DNA from: Bacteroidales bacterium
GTDB lineage: Bacteria; Bacteroidota; Bacteroidia; Bacteroidales; UBA12077
Assembly: GCA_028282585.1 (NCBI GenBank)
Contig: JANQHR010000036.1
Coordinates: forward strand, 1 to 14,465
Length of the DNA stretch: 14,465 bases
Direction: 5' to 3'
In this document: piece by piece, positions 8,017 to 14,465 of the stretch
Layout: each line of letters starts with the position of its first letter
Numbering within the stretch: the first letter of the stretch is position 1
Notes under the pieces: generated by a model
Database searches by the model: none
What the model saw: only the letters and a program-made list of their open reading frames with translations
What the model was told of the DNA's origin: nothing
Translations under genes and position numbers: made by a program

Positions 8017-9324
8017 TTAACGCATTTTAACATTTAAATTTCCATTATCGGATAATGAAGTTAATGTTACTTTTTGGATTTTTCCAACCAAAGATTTGTT
8101 ATAAGGAGTTTCTACTTTTATGTAATTTCCGGTAAAACCAAACATTAACTTATTTCTTTTATATGATTCGAAAAGTACTTCGGCTTCATATCCTATATTT
8201 TGATTATAAAATTTAAGTTGTTTATTATTTGCGAGTTCCTGAAGTTCTTTACTGCGTTTAGCAATAATATTTTTAGGTACCTTATTTTGGAAGCTGGCAG
8301 ATTTTGTGTTAGGCCGTTCAGAATATGAAAAAACATGAAAAAATGATGCATCCAAATTGTTTAAAAACAGATAAGTTTCTTTATAATCCTCCTCTGTTTC
8401 TCCGGGAAATCCCACAATTACATCTACTCCTATAAATGCTTTTGGAATTAAACTTTTAATTTTATCTACTCTTGATTTAAATAGCTCTTTGTTATATCGC
8501 CGTTGCATTTTTACTAAAATTTTATTACAACCCGATTGTAATGGAATATGAAAATGATGTTGGATTTTTTCAGATTTTGCAACGTGTTCAATTATTTCAT
8601 CTTTTAGCAAATTAGGTTCAATGGAAGAAATTCTAATTCGTTCAATTCCTTTTACATCTTCAAGAGCCTTAATTAGATCAAAGAATGATTCATTGGTAGA
8701 TTTTCCAAAATCACCAATATTTACACCAGTTAAAATAATTTCTTTTGTTCCGGATTCTGCTATTAATTTAGCTTCTTTAACTAAATCTGAAGTTCTTTTA
8801 TTTCTGCTCTTCCCCCTTGCTAATGGTATGGTACAATAGGAGCAGGAGTAATCGCAGCCGTCTTGAACTTTAAGAAAGGACCTTGTTCTATCTGCTTCCG
8901 AATGGGAAGAATCAAACTGATAAACTTTTTCAATTTCACATGTATAGACCTCAGGAATTTCTTTTTTTTGTAGATTATTTAAGTGTTCTAAAATGTTGAA
9001 CTTCTCTTTTGTGCCAAGAACCAAGTCAACTCCTAGTTTTTCCGCTATTTCGTTAGGCTTTAATTGGGCGTAACACCCAACAACAGCAATGAACGCTTTG
9101 GGATTTTTGTTTTGAATTTTTGCTACAGCCTGTCTGCATTTTTTATCTGCCTGTTCTGTTACCGAACAAGTATTTATAACATAAATATCTGCTTCCGAAT
9201 TAAATCCAACAACATCAAATCCTTTAGATTTGAAGCTTCGAGAAATTGTAGACGTTTCAGAAAAATTAAGTTTACAACCTAAAGTATGAAATGCAACTTT
9301 TTTATTTTCCCCTGAGTTCCCCAT
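8017..9324 (-). CDS. mtaB: tRNA (N6-threonylcarbamoyladenosine(37)-C2)-methylthiotransferase MtaB
   Basis: UPF0004 domain TLGCKLNFSE / INTCSVT / GCYAQ, radical SAM CxxxCxxC (KVQDGCDYSCSYCTIP), DVIVGFPGET, HVFSYSER, C-terminal TRAM-like region. Confidence 0.93.
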   Translation of the reverse strand: MGNSGENKKVAFHTLGCKLNFSETSTISRSFKSKGFDVVGFNSEADIYVINTCSVTEQADKKCRQAVAKIQNKNPKAFIAVVGCYAQLKPNEIAEKLGVDLVLGTKEKFNILEHLNNLQKKEIPEVYTCEIEKVYQFDSSHSEADRTRSFLKVQDGCDYSCSYCTIPLARGKSRNKRTSDLVKEAKLIAESGTKEIILTGVNIGDFGKSTNESFFDLIKALEDVKGIERIRISSIEPNLLKDEIIEHVAKSEKIQHHFHIPLQSGCNKILVKMQRRYNKELFKSRVDKIKSLIPKAFIGVDVIVGFPGETEEDYKETYLFLNNLDASFFHVFSYSERPNTKSASFQNKVPKNIIAKRSKELQELANNKQLKFYNQNIGYEAEVLFESYKRNKLMFGFTGNYIKVETPYNKSLVGKIQKVTLTSLSDNGNLNVKMR

Positions 9325-9347
9325 AGTATAAATCTTTTCTCAGGGTG

Positions 9348-9355
9348 CAAAGTTA
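9348..9355 (-). promoter_or_regulatory. -7 promoter box (TAACTTTG-CA) upstream of mtaB
   Basis: TGCAAAGTTA on + reads TAACTTTGCA on -, in the 37-nt ppx-mtaB gap. No well-spaced -33 box seen. Confidence 0.55.
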
Positions 9356-9361
9356 ATTTAA

Positions 9362-10258
9362 TTAATTTGATTTTTTCTGATAATCAAGGTAAAGCTGTTT
9401 AATGATACCGTCGGCTACACCAACTTTTGGTACTATAATTTCTTTGGCATTTGCCCATTTTACTATTTTAAATAAAAGATCTGATGCAGGAATAATAACA
9501 TCGGCACGATCCGGGTTTAATCCTAATACCTTTATACGGTCTTCATAATTATAAGATTTGATAAAATTAAAAACGTCTTTTAAGTCTTTAATAGGCAGCG
9601 CTTTAGATTCTTTTTTTCCTGAGATCTTTAATAGTTTATTGATATTACCTCCGGAACCTATAATAATTAGATTTGGGTAAGCTTCTTTTATTTCACGAAG
9701 CCAATTTTTCATAAGCTCAAATTCACTTGGATCAACCAACTCGTTTAATAAACGTATTGTACCAATATTAAATGAATGAGAGGTAACCGCTTCTGAATTA
9801 GAAAATAAAGTAATCTCAGTACTGCCACCTCCTATATCAACATAAAGATACGGATAGCTATCATCAAGAAAATCAACAATTCGGTTATTATAAATTATCT
9901 CAGCTTCAGTTTTGCCATCAATTATTTCGATATCTATATTCGCTTTGTCCTTAATAAGTTTTACCATCTTTTTTCCGTTACTGGCTTCCCGCATAGCAGA
10001 AGTTGCGCATGCTCTGTATTCGATAACATCATGAACACCCATTAAGTGTTTAAAAGCTATCATTGCATCAAGGAGCTTGGCCTTTTTTTGATCTCCAATT
10101 TTACCAGTAGTGAAAACATCTCCACCTAATCTAATTGGAACCCGAATGATAGATGATTTCTTAAAAATTGCAGTATCCTTATGTTCAATTACGTTTGTAA
10201 ATAACAAACGGATTGCATTGGTACCTATATCTATTGCCGCAAATTTAAGTAACTTCAA
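9362..10258 (-). CDS. ppx: Ppx/GppA family exopolyphosphatase, short form (no C-terminal HD domain), TTG start
   Basis: AAIDIGTNAIRL, ATSAMREASN, EA, DIGGGSTE, GSGGN, DRADVI, G..DG; 298 aa. Confidence 0.92.
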   Translation of the reverse strand: MKLLKFAAIDIGTNAIRLLFTNVIEHKDTAIFKKSSIIRVPIRLGGDVFTTGKIGDQKKAKLLDAMIAFKHLMGVHDVIEYRACATSAMREASNGKKMVKLIKDKANIDIEIIDGKTEAEIIYNNRIVDFLDDSYPYLYVDIGGGSTEITLFSNSEAVTSHSFNIGTIRLLNELVDPSEFELMKNWLREIKEAYPNLIIIGSGGNINKLLKISGKKESKALPIKDLKDVFNFIKSYNYEDRIKVLGLNPDRADVIIPASDLLFKIVKWANAKEIIVPKVGVADGIIKQLYLDYQKKSN

Positions 10259-10270
10259 AATCTAAATCGT

Positions 10271-10765
10271 TTAAGTTTTATTTTTTGGAAAATCAAAGAA
10301 CCAATCTTTTGGCTTTAATTTTTCCAACCCTTTCCAAGTGTTTGTTTCAAACTTTAATCCTACAATACCTGTAGTAGGAACATTTGCGATTTTATTATTT
10401 ACAAATATATTGGAAAGATCGGTAAAAGTCGGATTATGTCCAAAAACCATTAAAGATTTGATACTATCATCAATTTGATGGATAATACTAAGAATCATAT
10501 TCGTACCGGCATGATATATTCCTTCGTTAATAATTATATCACTATAAGGAAAATTAAAAGTTCTGGCAAAAATGGTCGCAGAATGCAGAGCTCTAATGGC
10601 TGGACTTGTAAGGATCATTTCAGGAATCTTATCTTCAATAAGAAGCCTTTCAGCCATTTTATAACCATTATTTATTCCCCTTTCTTTTAAAGGCCTGTCT
10701 ATATCGGAAATTCCTTCTATATCCCAGGTTGACTTTCCATGACGAACTATATATAAATCCTTCAT
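10271..10765 (-). CDS. sixA: SixA-family phosphohistidine phosphatase (histidine phosphatase superfamily)
   Basis: LYIVRHGKS, DIDRPL..RG, SPAIRA, GHNP; 164 aa. Confidence 0.88.
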   Translation of the reverse strand: MKDLYIVRHGKSTWDIEGISDIDRPLKERGINNGYKMAERLLIEDKIPEMILTSPAIRALHSATIFARTFNFPYSDIIINEGIYHAGTNMILSIIHQIDDSIKSLMVFGHNPTFTDLSNIFVNNKIANVPTTGIVGLKFETNTWKGLEKLKPKDWFFDFPKNKT

Positions 10766-10780
10766 AATAATAAAATTTGA

Positions 10781-12112
10781 TTATAATAAATCACTTGCTA
10801 GTTCCGCAAGATAACTTCTTTCACCTTTAATTAAGTTTACATGCGCAAAAATATCCTGCCCTTTCATTCTGTCAGCTAAATAACTTAGTCCATTAGACTT
10901 AAGATCTAAGTATGGCGAATCAATTTGATGAATATCTCCGGTAAATATCATTTTTGTACCTTCTCCGGCACGAGTAATTATGGTTTTTACTTCATGTGGA
11001 GTTAAGTTCTGAGCTTCATCAACTATAAAGAACGCTTTAGATAAACTTCTACCGCGGATATATGCAAGTGGACTAATTACTAATTTCTCTGATTTTTGCA
11101 TTTCTTCAATATGCATATATTCCTTACTTTGTGCCTTAAACTGATTTTTTATAACTGCTAAATTATCAAAAAGTGGCTGCATATAAGGCAGTATTTTTTC
11201 CTTTACATCACCGGGTAGGTATCCAATATCACGATTAGCAAGCGGAACTATTGGTCTTGCTAACAAAATTTGGTTAAATTTCTTTTCTTGATGCAAAGCA
11301 GCGGCTAATGCAAGCAATGTTTTACCTGTTCCTGCCTTACCTGTCAATGCTATAAGTTGAATATCGGGTCTTGTTAAAGCATCTAAAGAAAAAGTCTGTT
11401 CAGCGTTACGAGGATCAATTCCATAAGTTCTATGCTTTTCAACTCTGTTCATTTTTTTCTCGAAAGGATCATAATGAGCTAATGCGGATGATTTCTGACC
11501 CTTTAGAATAAAGTATTGATGAGGTAAAGGCCTTAGATCAAATTCACTAATTGGAATTCCCTCATAAGACTCATAGAATTTAGAGATTAAATTGTCATCA
11601 ATATTTTCAATGGTTTCAATATCTTTATGAATCTTTTCAAGGTCTTGTATTTGGTCATTTTTGTAATCTTGAGCTAAAATACCTAACGACTTTGCTTTCA
11701 TTCGCAAATTAATATCCTTGCTAACAAGAATTATTTCGTTAATTTTTTTCTTTTCTTTTAAATCTTCAGCTATTGCTAGAATTCTATGATCTGGTGTTGC
11801 TTCGGGGAACGATTCCTTTAATTTTTCAGAAAATGGTTTTCCGGTTTCTATAGACAATTTACCTAAGCCTTTTCCTAATGAAATTCCACCGTTAAATAAA
11901 TTATCTCCTGAAAGCTTATCTAACTCTCTTGTAAATTCACGTGCATGAAAATTAATTTGCGCATCACCCTTTTTTAACTTATCCAACTCTTCCAAAACAA
12001 CAATAGGTAAAACAATATTATTTTCTTGAAATTTGTATAAACAGTTGAAATCGTGCAGTATTACATTTGTATCAATTACAAAAATCTTTTTCTTTTTTCG
12101 CATAGAAGTCAT
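10781..12112 (-). CDS. PIN domain-PhoH ATPase fusion (PhoH2/YlaK-like)
   Basis: PIN: FVIDTNVILHD, VLEELD, DHRIL, SKDINLR. PhoH: PRNAEQ, Walker A GKAGTGKT, IGYLPG, RGRS, DEAQN, TRAGEG, GD..QID. Alternative ATG at 12103. Confidence 0.93.
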   Translation of the reverse strand: MTSMRKKKKIFVIDTNVILHDFNCLYKFQENNIVLPIVVLEELDKLKKGDAQINFHAREFTRELDKLSGDNLFNGGISLGKGLGKLSIETGKPFSEKLKESFPEATPDHRILAIAEDLKEKKKINEIILVSKDINLRMKAKSLGILAQDYKNDQIQDLEKIHKDIETIENIDDNLISKFYESYEGIPISEFDLRPLPHQYFILKGQKSSALAHYDPFEKKMNRVEKHRTYGIDPRNAEQTFSLDALTRPDIQLIALTGKAGTGKTLLALAAALHQEKKFNQILLARPIVPLANRDIGYLPGDVKEKILPYMQPLFDNLAVIKNQFKAQSKEYMHIEEMQKSEKLVISPLAYIRGRSLSKAFFIVDEAQNLTPHEVKTIITRAGEGTKMIFTGDIHQIDSPYLDLKSNGLSYLADRMKGQDIFAHVNLIKGERSYLAELASDLL

Positions 12113-12201
12113 TATTTAGTCTTGGGCAATGTAGTAATTTTTTATTTTCTAACTAAATTAACATTTTTATTTTTATATAAACTTATTAACAGATAATCAA
12201 T

Positions 12202-12711
12202 ATGGAACTTTATGAGGGAATTATTACCAGGAGAAGTATAAGAAGATATGCTGACAGAAAAATTTCTCAGGATATAATCGAAATGTTAATAAAAGCAGGA
12301 ATGTATGCACCTTCTGCAAGTAATCAGCAACCTTGGCATTTTATTGTTATTACTGAAAGAAATATTTTAGATAAAATAAAGGATGTACACCCTTATGCAA
12401 AGATGTTAGGAAATGCGCAATTCGCAATATTGGTTTGTGGTGATGAAGATTTAGAACTAAGCAAAGGCTATTGGGTAGTAGATTGTTCTGCAGCAACACA
12501 AAATATATTATTGGCAGCACATAGTTTAGGTTTAGGTGCGGTATGGTTAGGTATTCATCCTAGAGAAGAGAGAAAAAAGGAAATACGCAATATTTTTGAT
12601 TTACCGGAAAATATTCAGCCACTATCATTAATTTCGATTGGTTATCCTGACGAGCAGAGGAATACTCCGGAGAGATTTAAGAAAGATAGGATACATTATA
12701 ACACTTGGTAA
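12202..12711 (+). CDS. Nitroreductase family flavoprotein
   Basis: TRRSIRRY, APSASNQQPWHFIV, AATQNILLAAHSLGLGAVW, IGYP. Confidence 0.93.
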   Translation: MELYEGIITRRSIRRYADRKISQDIIEMLIKAGMYAPSASNQQPWHFIVITERNILDKIKDVHPYAKMLGNAQFAILVCGDEDLELSKGYWVVDCSAATQNILLAAHSLGLGAVWLGIHPREERKKEIRNIFDLPENIQPLSLISIGYPDEQRNTPERFKKDRIHYNTW

Positions 12712-12717
12712 TTTTAC

Positions 12718-12740
12718 TAAATTTGTAAACTTAAATTTGT
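12718..12740 (+). promoter_or_regulatory. Tandem TAAATTTG(T) -7 boxes upstream of folC
   Basis: TAAATTTGT at 12718-12726 and 12732-12740 in a 33-nt intergenic gap. Confidence 0.45.
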
Positions 12741-12744
12741 CAAA

Positions 12745-14034
12745 ATGAATTACCAGGAAACACTTGACTGGCTTTTTAGGCAGTTGCCTATGTTCCAAAG
12801 GCAGGGAAAAGCAGCTTATAAAGCAGATTTATACAATACCATTGAATTAGATAAGTATTTTAATCATCCTCATAAAAAGTTTAAAAGTATTCATGTTGCG
12901 GGAACCAATGGAAAAGGTTCTGTTTCGCACATGTTAGCTTCGGTTTTACAGGAAGCTGGTTATAAAGTAGGCTTATATACTTCGCCACATCTTAAAGATT
13001 TTAGGGAAAGGATAAGGATAAATGGAGAAATGATTTCTGAAAACTATGTAGTAAACTTTATTCATGAACATCAAAAGAAGTTTCAAGAAATCAAACCTTC
13101 TTTTTTTGAAATGACCGTAGCAATGGCATTCGATTATTTTGCTACACAAAAAATAGAAGTAGCAGTAATAGAAGTTGGTATGGGTGGTAGATTGGACTCA
13201 ACAAATATTATAAAACCTGAATTATCTGTAATTACCAATATTGGTTTAGATCATACCGTTTTTCTAGGAAACAGTTTGAAAAAAATTGCGTCGGAAAAGG
13301 CTGGAATTATAAAAGAAAATATTCCTGTGGTTATCGGTGAGACTCAAAATGAAACGGAGAGGATTTTTATTAATAAAGCAAAGGAGAATAATACAGAAAT
13401 ATGTTTTGCAGATCAATACTACAGGATTGATTATTCGATGCTTTCTACTAACAATAAGCAAGTATTTAATGTAGAAAATAGTGGCAATGTTATTTACCAT
13501 GGTTTAAAGTTAGATTTATTAGGCAGCTATCAGAAAAAGAACTTGGTAACTGTTTTACGTTCCATCGACCTACTGAAAGAGGGTGGTTATAATATTGAAG
13601 CTGAAAAGATATATTCAGGATTAAATGATGTGGTTAAAAACACCGGTTTAAAGGGAAGGTGGCAGGTGCTATCGTACAATCCTACTATTTTATGCGATAC
13701 CGCTCATAATAATGAAGGATTAAGAATGGTAATGGATCAAATCAAACAAACGGCGCATGAGAGTCTCCACATAGTTTTTGGAGTTGTTGATGATAAAAAT
13801 GTTGAATCAATTTTAAGTATCCTTCCTAAACAAGCAAAATATTATTTTACAAAAGCTCAAATTCCAAGAGCTTTAGATCAAAATATTCTGAAAGAAAAAG
13901 CATCTAAATATAATTTGAAAGGAGAATGTTTTGAAAAGGTTAATTTAGCTGTCGAAGCTGCAAAAAAAAATACAAAACCTAATGATTTGATTTTCATAGG
14001 AGGAAGTACGTTTGTTGTTGCAGAGCTTGTATAA
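12745..14034 (+). CDS. folC: Bifunctional folylpolyglutamate synthase/dihydrofolate synthase
   Basis: IHVAGTNGKGS, GLYTSPHL.DFRERI, EVGMGGRLDSTN, IGLDH, EKAGIIK, GRWQ, DTAHN, GGSTF. Confidence 0.97.
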   Translation: MNYQETLDWLFRQLPMFQRQGKAAYKADLYNTIELDKYFNHPHKKFKSIHVAGTNGKGSVSHMLASVLQEAGYKVGLYTSPHLKDFRERIRINGEMISENYVVNFIHEHQKKFQEIKPSFFEMTVAMAFDYFATQKIEVAVIEVGMGGRLDSTNIIKPELSVITNIGLDHTVFLGNSLKKIASEKAGIIKENIPVVIGETQNETERIFINKAKENNTEICFADQYYRIDYSMLSTNNKQVFNVENSGNVIYHGLKLDLLGSYQKKNLVTVLRSIDLLKEGGYNIEAEKIYSGLNDVVKNTGLKGRWQVLSYNPTILCDTAHNNEGLRMVMDQIKQTAHESLHIVFGVVDDKNVESILSILPKQAKYYFTKAQIPRALDQNILKEKASKYNLKGECFEKVNLAVEAAKKNTKPNDLIFIGGSTFVVAELV

Positions 14035-14059
14035 TTTTTCAAAAAAAGTAAAAATAATT

Positions 14060-14089
14060 TTTGTAGATAAAAAAAGAGGCTTATATTTG
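14060..14089 (+). promoter_or_regulatory. Consensus Bacteroidota promoter for tRNA-Val
   Basis: TTTG (14060-14063) - 18 nt - TATATTTG (14082-14089) followed by CA. Confidence 0.75.
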
Positions 14090-14120
14090 CAACGCTTTTG
14101 AAAAATAAAGTACACGAAAA

Positions 14121-14195
14121 GGGCGATTAGCTCAGCTGGTTCAGAGCACCTGCCTTACAAGCAGGGGGTCACTAGTTCGAATCTAGTATCGCCCA
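14121..14195 (+). tRNA. tRNA-Val (anticodon TAC); 3' CCA not encoded
   Basis: Acceptor stem GGGCGAT/ATCGCCC, D arm GCTC..GAGC, anticodon arm CCTGC-CT TAC AA-GCAGG (TAC at 14156-14158), T arm ACTAG-TTCGAAT-CTAGT. Discriminator A14195 is followed by CAA. Confidence 0.98.
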
Positions 14196-14197
14196 CA

Positions 14198-14229
14198 AGG
14201 AGGCTTCAAAAACGGAGCCTCTTTTTTTT
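14198..14229 (+). terminator. Intrinsic terminator after tRNA-Val
   Basis: GAGGCTTC-aaaaac-GGAGCCTC hairpin (one G:U pair) followed by T8. Confidence 0.85.
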
Positions 14230-14265
14230 GTGAAAAATTTTAGTACTAACCTGTAAGAGTTTTTC

Positions 14266-14465
14266 GGATCACTTGAATTATTAGGTGGAGAATAAAATAA
14301 AATACATATTTGCATTTTTAGAAATATTAGAATATGAATTCAAATAGAGAAGGCCTTTTAAAAGCACTATTACCAACAGAAGTTTTTGATTATTTCGAAA
14401 TAATAAAAGTAGATTCAGACGATAAATCCATTGATATTTATTTAGATGAACTCAACCTACCACCA
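14266..14465 (+). mobile_element. Probable left end of an ISL3-related (ISAon1-like) insertion sequence, truncated by the window edge
   Basis: Candidate terminal sequence GGATCACTTGAA at 14266 (ISL3-type ends start with GG) lies ahead of an ORF resembling ISAon1 N-terminal proteins. The second end is not visible, so the boundary is inferred. Confidence 0.5.
14334..14465 (+). CDS. Partial ORF, ISAon1/ISL3-family transposase N-terminal region protein
   Basis: Not in the ORF track. MNSNREGLLKALLPTEVFDYFEIIKVDSDDKSIDIYLDELNLPP..., open to the edge. The LLPxxxxDYFE...IYLxExNxxP pattern matches my recollection of this Bacteroidota IS protein family. Confidence 0.65.
   Translation, partial: MNSNREGLLKALLPTEVFDYFEIIKVDSDDKSIDIYLDELNLPP

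Noticed and set aside
8621-9282. Plus-strand ORFs 8621-8839 and 9064-9282
   Set aside because: Antisense shadows of mtaB.
10475-10690. 71-aa plus-strand ORF in sixA (considered as a possible antitoxin)
   Set aside because: Antisense and fully nested, with no antitoxin-like features.
13264-13500. 78-aa antisense ORF in folC
   Set aside because: Shadow ORF with no support.
14240-14265. TTAGTACTAA palindrome and AACCTGTAAG segment between the tRNA terminator and the IS end (possible att or REP half-site)
   Set aside because: No partner copy in the window and too short to support a call.
1-14465. CRISPR array, defence system, prophage, riboswitch or recoded genes
   Set aside because: I saw no regularly spaced repeats, cas or phage genes. 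Intergenic gaps are short, and all ORFs are intact under the standard code.

Overview
This is an AT-rich chromosomal window from a Bacteroidota genome, judged from the type IX secretion/gliding genes, TAnnTTTG promoter boxes and Gln at +1 of signal peptides. It is mostly core genome. From left to right it holds: the 5' end of a divergent secreted-protein gene (probably the T9SS sortase porU, missed by the ORF track); porP/sprF-like, gldJ, murF and a soluble pyrophosphatase on +; a convergent minus-strand run of PIN-PhoH (PhoH2), SixA, Ppx, MtaB, inositol monophosphatase, an LpxL-family acyltransferase and a GT2 glycosyltransferase; then nitroreductase, folC and tRNA-Val(TAC) on +. At the right edge is what looks like the left end of an ISL3/ISAon1-type insertion sequence just behind the tRNA. 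I found no clearly new system. The best leads are the compact PhoH2-SixA-Ppx unit that lacks ppk1, the IMPase-acyltransferase-GT2 unit, and the IS/island boundary at tRNA-Val. All family calls are from motif recognition, not database searches.
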